The position numbers and the translations under genes are program-made. The notes under the pieces are model-generated. The model did no database searches. It had not been told where the DNA came from and saw only the letters and a list, made by a program, of their open reading frames with translations. From contig NW_027266268.1 of the NCBI RefSeq assembly GCF_022045235.1, positions 4,278,001 to 4,342,000 on the forward strand: DNA of 64,000 nucleotides. The letters run 5' to 3'. The DNA comes from Haliotis cracherodii. Its lineage: Eukaryota. This document shows positions 41,701 to 51,382 of the stretch, piece after piece (the first letter of the stretch is position 1; each line of letters begins with the position of its first letter).

Positions 41701-44700
41701 ATTGGCACAGCCTATCAAACTCATTGCATATATACTTAATTGACTCATCCTCATCATCCTTCTAAATTTCATATTAAAAGTTTATCAAATGGAAATGTGA
41801 TACGATTAGACAAAATCAGTGTTAAATGGGTTTAAAAGCCTAAAATTCGAATGTACCAGTTCCTCATTGATAAGCATGAAAATTTGCAATTCAAAATATA
41901 TACATTTTTGTACATTTACAGCCTCCAACCAACACTTTCCTAGGTATGACTGGCACCACAGGTCAACACCATATGGTAACCAAAAAACTTACTACTTATT
42001 TGTGTAACATGGCACCCTTCAATATTCTAGCTATATGACGGCAGACCTGTAATTACCATTCTGGGCCAGACAAACCAGTGATTGATACTGCGAGCAATGA
42101 TCCTTGTCATCAGGGCACTTTGGACACTCCATGAACTCTACACTCAAGCACCAAGCCTGTTGACCCGGTAGATTAAGTCTCCTTATAAGACAAGCATTTA
42201 TTGCTTAGGAGCAATTCGAACCCGGAATCCCCATGGGGAAAACCTTACTAAATGATCATTCCAGATCCCAATACATAAACATAAACCCAAAGTCCAGTCA
42301 GTCCCATGTATTCACAGACTCCTTTTTAATGAAACGCAACTGAAACTCAAACTAACTTCAACTTTTCTGTAATTGTTTTTCATGCGAGCAAAACAATGCA
42401 AAGCAACTGCAACACCAGAAAATACAAAAATGACATGCATCAACAAATAGAATCAAGAAAACTAAACACACGATTTGATTCTAGGACAACTGTAACCAAC
42501 TTCACAAGAATGGGAAATGATGTACTCATTCACAGAACTCAATAGAACGTGATGTCCGACATACCTTCTTCCATCTTAGTGGGACGGCCGAAAAAACTTT
42601 TTCTCATCATCACTTCACTGACGCAGCATTTTCAGAATAAAACACAATTCAAAACATTCCATTCCTATTCATAGTGTCATATCTTAAAAATCTATGGTTA
42701 TTTGTGAACAATGCATTTGCTGCAAATGCTCGCAAAATATTTATCTTTTTAAATTTGCTATCATGGTTAAATTTCTGACACGGAAACAACAGTCCGACCT
42801 TAATTTTCATGATTATAGCGCCTTGCTCGAGCATGGGATTCAAGGAAGTAATAGTGTTTCAATATTGATTACCAAATAATTAAAAAACACTGAAATAGGA
42901 CAGGGTGTCCTTCTTTGATAAAAAGGAGGGAAAACATTTTATTGTATTTCATTTCAGTCTTAAATTGGTATGGATGTATTGTGCATAATTGTTAACATCT
43001 GTTTGAAATTTGTTACATTGTTTGAATTCTGAATAGGAAGAAATAGTTGTTTTGTCTACTTATTCTAAATGTTCCATATTATGTACATGTTAACCTCATA
43101 TGTTTGGTTTGAAAGTATTTACCAGTATGTATGGACAGATGCCATGAAGATAATATACACACATGTCTATCAAGGTAAAAAGAGAGAAACAGGATCTGTA
43201 GCTCACCTGGCTCTAACTTAAGTTGCATATCCATAAAAGAATCACTTAACTAGTGACAAATGTGATTGAATACTGGGTAAATACAGTATGTTGTCTGTGT
43301 TATCTGCATATCATGTATCATGTAGCTTTACATAAAGGATTTTGTTAAAATCAATATCGTGGAAATTGAAAACAAGCCTAAGTGAGATTGTTGGCATTCT
43401 TGCTCATGCACAGTTTCAGCTTCATAGGTCCTACAGTCTTAGACAAAGCAAATTTATATAGTAGTAGACACGTCTTGGAAACATTAACCAAAAGTTTACT
43501 TAATAAAACAGTTGAAGGTATCAAAGTTAATTCTCTTCTTGTTTTATCACAATTTTGAAGTACATTCAGCATCACAGCTCTAGCATGGGACGACTGTCAA
43601 AAGAATTTTAAACATGAGAGAAGTTATTGGTGTGAAAATCCATGCAAAATCTGATACTCTATTCCATAAAAACATAGCTATATCTAACACAAGATCATGC
43701 ATAAAATTAGATAGACCTATTATTTCCCTGAACACTCTCAGAGGCTCAAGACACAACTGAAGAGCGCTTTGACACAAAAATATGACTTACTCTGTATTGA
43801 CCATAACTGACTCGTTCCAATAGCATGCACTTGGACAGGAAAGTTGTAGACTTACCATGCTTACTCATCTTAAAAGAACCTGATTTCCTCGTCATATTTG
43901 CTTGCACCCAGTCCGAACAGAGTTACAAGTGTACAACCAGCACAGAAATAGCAGTTACCTCCTACTGTTAGGGTATGATAGCCAATATTTCCATTCATGC
44001 TATGTGGATCAAGCAATGTGCTTCCACAAAAACATCACCCCACTGCATGACCCACATTTAGCCACAATACTGCCCATCACTTTCTAGTTCCTGTTTCCTG
44101 CTTGTTGGAGGACATATGAACGACTATCTTGACATATGAACAACTATGTTGACACTGTAACAAGGTCCCTGTGGAAGTGAGAGGTAAAAGACTATTACTG
44201 TTGACCATACACCATTAGGGGCATTAAATGGCATATCATGATATCATAAGTAATATATCAACCAGTAATTATTGTTATCAGGGAAGTAAAAAAAGACACA
44301 AACTACGCTCATGAAACTTAGTCATACACGCCATTATTATTAGAACTTCCTTAAATATTTTACAAGTGAAGGTCTTAAGGGCATTATATCTTTATCAGGT
44401 TTTGTAAACTTATGGTGTTTTTCGAACGAAAAATGCCTTATTAATTTTTATCATGAAAATAATTCTTTAATATTGACCAATACAACCAATCCGATAATTG
44501 CTCAATATTTGTTTGCATGCGTTTGACTGAACTTGTGTAGTGACTTGTATCATGGACACTAATACATTTAGCATCCATGCTTGTATCTCAACAAGTACAA
44601 GGGAGGCAACTCTGTTGCCACTTTGCATTTTCAGGCCTCACAATTATTTTATGCTGGGAGCCAATCACCTCATGCTTAAATACATGCAGGGGGCATTTGT

Positions 44701-47700
44701 GATAATTTCAGATGCTAAAATGCATGACCCAATTCAAAACCTTTTCCATCAAAGAACCTTTTCACCAAAACTTGTCATGACTTAAGGTTGCAGGTACAGC
44801 ATACGTACACATTGATGGGCAAAAATCGGTGTTTTCTATCCATCAAATGTTCCAGATACATAGCAAAATGATTCAGTTTGTATGAAACCTATACTGAAAC
44901 TAAACAAGTTTGGTTGCTAGATTGAAATGTGGTTTTCTTGGAGGTAATTAATATATATAGTGAGTTAGCTGAAGTCGTTGTAGATCTGAGAAATCTGCCC
45001 AGTGATAAAGGATTTATGTGTCTTGCCAGTGAGCAAGAAAGTCTTTCCTTTGTTTATTTTGCTTTATCATTATATTAAGATAGTCATCGAGTCACACTAA
45101 AAGACTGGAAGACCTGAAGTAACACATGTCCTAAATATGTCACATTGAAATTACAAGCCTGCCCACATCAGCAGTGCAATGTTTGTTTACACATATCTTC
45201 CAAAACAAATCAGATACTTGATTAAATTTTGTACAGTGTTTTTGTTACATAAAGCTATATCCATACTGTTTCTGAAATGGTCACTCGACGGCAGCCCTTC
45301 AACACATGCTTAAATACTGTGTTGCTTTCCTTGATCCAAAGACTCATGTCAGGAGTTAAAGTTTTGACTGCAGTCTCCATCTCTAAGTACCATCCATTCT
45401 CAGTAGCTGTGACATATTTAACATCAGCCACTTTTCTAACATCCATATAAAAGGGTTAGATGAAGGTGGCATCAGTGATGTTGTTTGTTTGTTTGTTTGT
45501 TGTTAAAGGACGCACTCAGCAATATTCCAGCTCTGTAAATAATCGGGTTGGCTCAGACAATCCAGTGACTGGCATCATCAGTGATCATGAACATCGATCT
45601 ACACAATTGGGATACGATGACATATGTATCAGCTAAGTCGGACAGCCTGACCACCCGATCTCGTTGGCCGCCTCTTACGACAAGCATAGTCACCCGTTAC
45701 GGCAAATAATGGGTTGCTGAAGACCTATTCTAACCGTGATCTTCACGGGTACATCAATGATGTGATACACTTGTCCATCATATGTCTGATCGTCGTCAGC
45801 ACTTCACAGGTTTCCCCTCCACACGTCTCTATCCCCTGTGAATACGAACAGCCACTACCAAAGTTACAATTTTTGATAAGCGAAACAAGATAAGGCCTGG
45901 TTCTCACTTGCAAGTGACTTGAAGCCATCTATTCTATACACTGCTTGATTGTCATGTGATGGAAGGTTTCAGTGTTCATATATGGGTTAAGGCTCATTTG
46001 ACTTCCATGCTTCATTTTACTGTATTTCCAGGTGATGGAGGATTGTTGTGTATACAAACTTGTGAAGTATTGATGATGATGTCTGACTTAATTTGAAACA
46101 TTTGGTCAATAAATGCAATATAGTTGGGAAGCAATCATTCAAACTTTCTTGAATAATTACCGGCTGAGTGAAAATAACGGCTGAAAAACTTAGAACCCAT
46201 TCATAAGGTTGTTATTTGCCAACAAGAAAGCATATACTTAAGAAAATGGTGAAAAGTATATACATATGTTGATAGAGCCAATGACGCTTGGTATCTTGGG
46301 GCAATCCTTCATAACAAGCAAGGGGTATATGCTTTATCCTACATGATCAGTGACAAAAATCTCATGCTTTGAAATATCCTATCACTAAGTGCTACAGCAA
46401 GAAGAGACCATTGATAAATATGTTTATGACCAATACTGTTCATGAACGATTGAACATGAAAGCAAAAAAACGAAATCATAACATACCTCATTCTTGCAAA
46501 CAACCATACGTGCTGTATGATATGTAAATAGATTTGACAACTGGCTCCAACATGACACATGACACATGAGTTCTGCATGCTTCAATGCCATGAATATTGT
46601 AAAGATGAATACATAAAGATAGATAACCAAATGTCAGATCACATAATGACAATTCTCAGATTAATTACAGTCTGTGCCTAAACCTTCTGTAAATTCACTA
46701 TCAGGCAATAGCATTATCTTATCTATTTTATCTCCAAATCCAACATGATGCCCAGCATCAATTTCAACAGATATTACTCTTTCACAAAATCAGCTTCCTG
46801 TATTAAAATGAAACTTTAATTACCCAGAAATTATTTATTATTTTTACAAGTCTGCAAAAATGATCTGCTTGTCATTTATCTAATACAGTGTTGGGGGGTC
46901 CGGGGGTCCTGGAGGTCTTAACCCATATCTACACATAATGATCTGGGGATCCCCCACATCTTGAACATTAGGGTTAAGATAAGGACCCCTTGACTTGCAT
47001 GCTTAATTTCTAACATTGTAATATGTAGGAAAAGTGATGGTCAAGAAGGAACTGTCACAAGTCTCACACTAGCAGGTTTATGCTAATTTCGAACAGCCAG
47101 AAGAAACAATACTAGTCTAGGATTGGGTAAAGACACAGACTGATTGATGAACAGTAATACCTCACACAGAACATGCAGTTGTACAGCGAGAGACTGCTGC
47201 ATCACACTCACCTGCCTCCTCCTCGTAGGAGACTTGAGCGCTGTAGTGGCTGTTTGAGGAAGTGGTAGAGATCACACTAGAGCCAGAGCCTTTCCTTGAA
47301 TGCCCAGGGGTGGGGGAGCGAGCTACCAGGGCGTTGCAAGACTTCTCATCAGCTTCCAGTTTCCTGCAACATCAGTTCTAGCCAATTTATTATCTTAAGA
47401 AGTGAGGCCACAGTTTATAAAGTTTTCATGACTTTTGAATAATTTTACTTGAGAGGTGGTTAAGTATTGTAATTGCATCCAGAGTGACACAGTTTGTTAA
47501 TAGATTTAGCATTACACAGCTGCCGGTGGTCAAATGCAGTAAACTGACTCATGCTTTCAGAAGAGAGTGTCACACTATGTTGTAGTGTGTCTGTGAAAAC
47601 AAATACCACAAACTCATTACTGAGCAAATACCACCATCAACAGATACACTGAGGCCCCCAGATAGAGTGTAACCTTAATGAGTTGATTGGTTTGAACTCA

Positions 47701-50700
47701 AAAAGGTTGAAGTTAAAAATTCAAACATGACAAATCATTAATGAAATTAATTTAAGCTATTTAAGAAAATTACATATGTTTTCTGAAACATACCTAAAAT
47801 AAATATTTAACTAAAATTAAAGCCAAATTGTAAAGGCAGTCTTTGCCAAAAACTCTTAAGTCTACCAGCCCGAACTTGTATCTTTCATTTTTGTCAGTTG
47901 ATTTTAGGGTAATAAAATAGACTACATGTAGCAGCTTGACCCAGGTTTCAGACTAGTGGCTAAAGTCCCAGGCTGCAAATTGGAAGAGGACGGCTGAAAT
48001 GTGTCACTGAACTTTTTCACCAAGAAATGAATTTACACAAATAACTGTCCCTAAGCCTAATAGGCAAAACCAATGAATTTCATATTGACACATAGTCATA
48101 GCGTTACAGACAAATTGATTATTTCATCATTGATCATTGTAGAAGGAAAACCTAATATGAGCTGTCAAGTTAAGAATTACAAGACCACACTCCTTATAGG
48201 AAAATAAAATAGATACTGTTAATTATTTAGATACATTATCATCACTCCATGTCAGAATGATCTTGATGAAATACTACGAATCCCCCCGGGAGGGAAATAA
48301 ATTTCTGAGCGGGAGAATAAATCCCTTATACCCCGCCATGAAGAAGACAGGCTACACATGGATTTCTTAACTGGAGAATAAATCTCTGATACCCCACCTC
48401 TGAGTAAAAAAGCTGCATGCTTTTTCCGAGTCAATGAAAGCCATGTGACAGAGCACAAGTTAACCTCAGCTCAATCGAACAGCTGTTTTCTATCAATTTT
48501 TAATTTGTTTTATTTCTCTTACAAAGGCTGATTAAAACATGTCGGTAAGATAGATTTGTTGTAGCAGTATCACTCAGGGTACATACAGCTTTTATGGGTC
48601 TCTCCAGTTCATGGAACACAGGACTCATAAAACCACATGTACTCCACATGGTACTGCTACAACTTATAATGTCTACCTGATTTTGACACCACATCCGCCA
48701 AATTCAAAGAAGTATTTTCACACACTTTAAACACCAACTTCCATGTAGATAATAATAATCCTAGACAACATATTTACAAAGCACAGAAAGTAAGTGTTTA
48801 TTCTCTGGCTGTTCACCACTGCAAACAGTGATATTTTACAATTAGGCCAGTTACAGCTTCTGTGTGTCCAAACCAAACAGATTCTCAATCTCCCAATCTC
48901 TCTGTTCACCTGTGACCATGTCTAACACAGGCAAATATACCTATGGGTGGATGTCACAATCCCTTATTGGGTTACTCTCACAAACAGTATATGAATTGAA
49001 ACCAAATATTAACAAAGTAATATAACCACATGTCAATATGGTCAAGAGGTTGGAACATGTGGAAAATATGATGTGATATCATATCTGTTGACATTGTCTT
49101 TGGGACAAATAAATGAAAGCAGTGAACCAACACAGTGCAGATATTGTAATAAATATTCCCCAAAATAAATAATATCTACCAGTATATACTAGAATAAAAA
49201 GAGAAATATGTCACAAAAATAATCAGTGGCACCATTCATATGAGAAAAACATAAATTCAAGGTAATTATAGATAAATGCAAAAAATGTTCACTCTACAAC
49301 TGTACAAAATCTGGTATGAAATACAATTACCATCCTGAATAGGAAATTACATAGGTATTACTATTTGGACAGAATGATGAACTTTTGGGCAGCTAGAACC
49401 AGCGTTTTAGGATAATTCCTTGAAGCATTAACTTTTTAAGCTATATACACATAGTCTAATCCATAATTGGTAAAGTTTGTTTACAACACCAAACATTTTC
49501 TAGAACTGAGCCTCTGACTAGTTGTTGAGCCTGTTGAGTTGGAATTCTGAATTTCACACAAGTGTATTCATTTCTGTCATCTTTTACATCTACTTGGGGC
49601 GGTCGGGTAGCCTAATGGTTAAAGCATTGGCTCGTCATTAATTACCAATAAAATATTAAATGCAATTAAGCATGAGCATAGACAATATAGACAGACAAAA
49701 CGGGGCAATGACATAAAAAAATAGCAGACACCTATCTTTGGTCCAATTCATCAAAACATTATGCTCATAGAAACTATAACATGTACAACATGTACAATGG
49801 TCAGTAAGTCTTCTGAAATGTCATGTAAGCAAAAAGCAGTAAAACCGTTTCATCACACAGTGGCCTGGCAAATCAGAAAAGTAAAAGCATGTATTTATCT
49901 GTCCCAAACTCCTGCATACTTAGAAGTGTTGTTAAGCATATTTTAAGTCCTCTTCGACATGTGTAAATGATTGCAGAATGAAAATTCCAGGAGACATTGA
50001 ATTTACTTTGACATCAAAGGTATGGAAGAGTTTTATGGAAAAACAAAAAGCCATGTGTTGGTGATGCTTAGGGACAGTGTCAAAAACATAAGGACATATT
50101 TTCGATTTCAAAACTGATTTTGCATGACAAAAATAATATCATTTAAACTATCCTATTAATTCATCGAACACAGCTATTTTCAATACTTACATGTTATAGA
50201 GAACTGTTTATTTATTTTCTAGTATAGCATAGAAGACACACTTATATAACTATTCAAAGTATACCATGTATTAAGAAATGATATGTGATACTTCAGAGGT
50301 AGACACCATTGGTCGCATCCAACTAGTTCGCAGCTCATCTTGGACTAGTGGTTTTCGTAAATTAAATACATATCCTGCTTATTATGATCCTTGGTGTCTC
50401 AGCTTATCACCTGTGACTATGTGTTTCACAAAAGTAGCATTCAAAAATTCAAATACTTGATATTAAACTATCAAATACCTGGCATATATACAAACACATG
50501 TTCATGTTTTCACTGATAGTTGAGAAAGCCTTTGAAAATCTTGAACGGTTATTCCACATGGCAGAATATTTTCAAGGCAGAAAAGTTTAGGCTGATGTAT
50601 ACGTTGGTTTTGGTCGTTTGACTGTCTTATACAAGTTCAGCTATAGATTTTTCTAAAATAGTTACAAGGCAGTCATATACCCCTTCTAAGCTTCAGTTTC

Positions 50701-51382
50701 CTGTAACAAAATCTGTAAAATAAACAAGAAAATATGGACTGTCACGTAAATTCTTGGTCTCAGTGGGGAGCACTTACAAAGATTAGTTACAGATTTCTCT
50801 AGGTTGGTCAGGGGTGCTTATTGAGCAGGGCGCTTAGTCATGTAATTGCGGCAGATATGGCACATTAAGTTATATCCACCACATGTTCTTCATACTTCTC
50901 CAATAGGATAAGATACAGGCCTACAGATATGCCTTTCAGACTCTCAACAGACCTTGTGCATTGCAATGTAAAGATCTAAATATGACACCTCCTCCAAAAC
51001 AGGATTGTGTACATCATGTATAGACAATCATCTGTAGTTTCAAAACCAGGATTCTTGGCACTTAGGAAAATTTGCTATCTTTCCTTAATTACAAAGCAAA
51101 ACTGGACATTGTAAACTTGAATGTACTTTACCATAGGCTACTTAAAAATGCCTTGACACAATCCCTCACACATTCAAAGAATTCTTTCAGCTGACTGTTA
51201 CACAAATTGATTTACTGCTAACTTGTGGAGCTTTATACTTGTGGAAGTGTGGAGATTCCTTCTGGTCAAACAAACCTGTTTGCTTCTTCGAGTTTTGCTA
51301 ACAACTCCAGTTCAGGGCTTCCCGGGCCCTCGGGATTCCCTTCTTCAGAAGGGATGGGATCACTCGTTGATGTTGTCTCCAT
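3044..51382 (-). CDS. EVI5: EVI5-family TBC-domain Rab GTPase-activating protein, 19 coding exons, ~855 aa (spliced CDS span)
   Basis: Exons join in frame with GT-AG sites. N-terminal ELLAKLEEANR motif; TBC motifs ELVRKGIPHHFRGLAW, IRRDIARTF (R finger), YCQG (Q finger), YASSWFLTLF; then LEKEY..RLRTENRLLRQRIDNLEKESASLADRLIQ and LQEEL-type coiled coils typical of EVI5/EVI5L. Confidence 0.95.
3957..4045. mobile_element. 89-bp MITE, PIF/Harbinger-like
   Basis: 19-bp TIR GGCCCACTTGCACAAAGCG / CGCTTTATGCAAGTGGGTC (2 mismatches), flanked by 3-bp CAG TSD. Confidence 0.75.
4119..4205 (-). CDS. EVI5: EVI5 coding exon 18
   Basis: 87 nt, phase 0-0; KEEMLAAGQLHGEEDTEDLENQIFDLQDE; donor GAG|GTGAG. Confidence 0.88.
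4289..4327. repeat. (CA)n microsatellite
   Basis: Pure dinucleotide run. Confidence 0.97.
5211..5450 (-). mobile_element. SINE-like family A, near full-length copy (~240 bp)
   Basis: Sense 5' end GACCCGTGAAGACCCGGG; body GTCTGGTCCAGACTCAATTATTTACAGAC; 3' tail GCTGGAACATTGCTGA..GGCGTTAAAC(AAAC)n; imperfect TSD TCATAAA(T/C)ATAC. Other copies near 6077, 8830, 9590, 15338, 15595, 20270, 30700, 35720, 36370, 37035, 39150 and 41995. Confidence 0.85.
5810..5905 (-). CDS. EVI5: EVI5 coding exon 17
   Basis: 96 nt, phase 0-0; KKEESMMARIKEAENTSMIAELKQKIASIEIQ. Confidence 0.9.
6606..6752 (-). CDS. EVI5: EVI5 coding exon 16
   Basis: 147 nt, phase 0-0; NHICTNQIRRMDEDSK...MESR; donor GG|GTAAGT. Confidence 0.9.
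7563..7727 (-). CDS. EVI5: EVI5 coding exon 15 (coiled coil)
   Basis: 165 nt, phase 0-0; ...IKHLQEELMTVKVREAQALAESKETKQKVMELETQ. Confidence 0.92.
8508..8654 (-). CDS. EVI5: EVI5 coding exon 14 (coiled coil)
   Basis: 147 nt, phase 0-0; ...VQHLQEELIAVKLREAEANLSLKELRQKV... Confidence 0.92.
9269..9424 (-). CDS. EVI5: EVI5 coding exon 13 (coiled coil)
   Basis: 156 nt, phase 0-0; ...IKQLQEELIGVRLKETE... Confidence 0.9.
10425..10685 (-). mobile_element. Older SINE family C with degenerate tRNA-like head
   Basis: Shared block GATCATAGGTTTCTG(A/G)CACACCTAAGG..AACTCTGC.CAGCAA recurs near 29190, 32680 and 56410; same tail type as families A and B; further partial copy near 15980. Confidence 0.65.
11265..11710. 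repeat. 33-bp minisatellite, ~13 copies (CCAGTAACCTTAAGTCTTTGGGGTTCTGTTGGG)
   Basis: Direct tandem units with substitutions but no indels; explains three overlapping repetitive ORFs. Confidence 0.97.
12757..12920 (-). mobile_element. tRNA-derived SINE family B
   Basis: Clear similarity to the 58848 copy; more degenerate copies near 8350, 38665, 40360 and 60220 (the last with an expanded (GTGA)n tail). Confidence 0.88.
14953..15123 (-). CDS. EVI5: EVI5 coding exon 12
   Basis: 171 nt, phase 0-0; ESASLADRLIQDQVIRAQEAEEMYALKNEL...; donor GA|GTGAGT. Confidence 0.92.
16188..16241 (-). CDS. EVI5: EVI5 coding exon 11
   Basis: 54 nt, phase 0-0; RLRTENRLLRQRIDNLEK. Confidence 0.93.
16523..16583 (-). 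CDS. EVI5: EVI5 coding exon 10
   Basis: 61 nt, phase 2 to 0; LEKEYTALKSKENEEQIELR; follows a 15.3-kb intron. Confidence 0.92.
18823..18977. mobile_element. MITE with CAGGGTTAGAA TIRs
   Basis: Perfect 11-bp TIR; related elements at 62888-63094, ~63486-63689 and 25077-25233. Confidence 0.8.
19128..19269 (+). mobile_element. tRNA-derived SINE family B, plus orientation
   Basis: A box TAGCCTAGTGG, B box GGTTCGATTCC, (ACTC)n tail, perfect 11-bp TSD TATGAGGAACA (19117-19127 and 19270-19280). Confidence 0.9.
21886..21908 (-). CDS. Candidate internal first coding exon (MDFVEFDE), phase 2 into exon 10
   Basis: 23 nt from ATG to donor GA|GTAAGT; upstream in-frame TGA; locally CpG-rich upstream region. 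Confidence 0.45.
23900..24050. repeat. Imperfect ~73-bp tandem duplication
   Basis: CAGTTAGAC(T/A)GATATACTATTTTG...AGCCCA...CACTAGAATAT occurs twice. Confidence 0.8.
26653..26817. repeat. 69-bp tandem repeat, ~2.4 copies
   Basis: Units begin CAGC(T/A)G(A/G)CAGACACTGACTCC at 26653, 26722 and 26791. Confidence 0.9.
31351..31493. mobile_element. MITE with CAGTGTT-type TIRs (family with AATTAAGCATGAAAG..CCTTGTCATAACCCTAATGTT)
   Basis: Related copies at 32986-33110, 46886-47018, ~51945-52074, 60922-61055 and a fragment near 27229. Confidence 0.75.
31910..32007 (-). CDS. EVI5: EVI5 coding exon 9
   Basis: 98 nt, phase 0 to 2; YFQKDVRAKYENDTELLLKTAYQVRYSSKKMKK; donor AA|GTAAGT. Confidence 0.92.
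32325..32565 (-). mobile_element. SINE-like family A copy nested in a family C element
   Basis: High similarity to the 5211 and 45480 copies; family C sequence on both sides (about 32260-32320 and 32570-32745). Confidence 0.8.
32749..32777. repeat. (GAT)n microsatellite
   Basis: Pure trinucleotide run close to the exon 8 donor. Confidence 0.95.
32801..32890 (-). CDS. EVI5: EVI5 coding exon 8
   Basis: 90 nt, phase 0-0; GMEMIFRVGMAILQTSHEDLMSLDMEGMLK. Confidence 0.93.
34130..34273 (-). CDS. EVI5: EVI5 coding exon 7
   Basis: 144 nt, phase 0-0; ELLPDLYLHFQTQNFHTSMYASSWFLTLF...RIMDIFISE. Confidence 0.95.
34468..34593 (-). CDS. EVI5: EVI5 coding exon 6
   Basis: 126 nt, phase 0-0; MPEEEAFAVLVRLMQEFRMREMFKPSMAELGLCMYKLECLIQ. 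Confidence 0.95.
34706..35133. mobile_element. Non-autonomous DNA transposon, TIR CAGTGTTTGA / TCAAACACTG
   Basis: Perfect 10-bp TIR, 5-bp TSD CATTA, subterminal GACCAG/CTGGTC motifs. Confidence 0.75.
36001..36075 (-). CDS. EVI5: EVI5 coding exon 5, glutamine finger
   Basis: 75 nt, phase 0-0; AYSLHDREVGYCQGSGFIVGLLLMQ. Confidence 0.96.
36117..36365. repeat. 47-bp minisatellite, ~5.2 copies
   Basis: Unit CAACAGTGCAGTCAACTAAAGCCAGGTACACCAATGCCATCAAGCAT starting at 36117, 36164, 36211, 36258 and 36305. Confidence 0.95.
36782..37006 (-). CDS. EVI5: EVI5 coding exon 4, TBC start with arginine finger
   Basis: 225 nt, phase 0-0; ELVRKGIPHHFRGLAW...IRRDIARTFPDHDFF. Confidence 0.96.
38345..38433 (-). 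CDS. EVI5: EVI5 coding exon 3 (ANPSENLWETWGRLVNEWDSIKKKTGYIK)
   Basis: 89 nt, phase 1 to 0; WxxWGxxVNEW motif preceding the TBC domain. Confidence 0.93.
42565..42610 (-). CDS. Candidate alternative first coding exon (MMRKSFFGRPTKMEE), phase 1 into exon 3
   Basis: 46 nt from ATG to donor AAG|GTATGT; in frame with exon 3. Confidence 0.5.
43207..43234 (-). CDS. Candidate alternative first coding exon (MDMQLKLEP), phase 1 into exon 3
   Basis: 28 nt from ATG to donor CAG|GTGAGC; in frame with exon 3. Confidence 0.45.
43856..43895 (-). CDS. Candidate alternative first coding exon (MTRKSGSFKMSKH), phase 1 into exon 3
   Basis: 40 nt from ATG (A at -3) to donor TG|GTAAGT; a second donor 9 nt upstream (GA|GTAAGC) is also phase 1. 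Confidence 0.5.
43959..43998 (-). CDS. Candidate alternative first coding exon (MNGNIGYHTLTVG), phase 1 into exon 3
   Basis: 40 nt from ATG (A at -3) to donor GAG|GTAACT. Confidence 0.35.
45480..45750 (-). mobile_element. SINE-like family A, full-length copy
   Basis: Same head, body and tail; imperfect TSD CATCA(G/A)TGATGT. Confidence 0.85.
47212..47363 (-). CDS. EVI5: EVI5 coding exon 2 (KLEADEKSCNALVARSPTPGHSRKGSGSSVISTTSS...)
   Basis: 152 nt, phase 2 to 1, CAG| acceptor and G|GTGAG donor; Ser-rich RxxSGSS segment as in EVI5 N-termini. Confidence 0.9.
51276..51382 (-). CDS. EVI5: EVI5 coding exon 1 (METTSTSDPIPSEEGNPEGPGSPELELLAKLEEANR); exon extends as 5' UTR to acceptor at 51443
   Basis: ATG follows an in-frame TAA; donor AG|GTTTG, phase 2; acceptor TTTTCATTTTTAG at 51444. 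Absent from the ORF track. Confidence 0.85.

Noticed and set aside
45255-45446. 63-aa minus-strand ORF MDVRKVADVK... as an extra exon or small gene
   Set aside because: No recognisable homology, and no phase-1 donor to join exon 3.
39671-46500. Other ATG/donor pairs in intron 2 (near 39680, 41590, 42248, 43123, 44669, 46487)
   Set aside because: Phase 0 or 2, so out of frame with exon 3. They also show that chance pairs occur.
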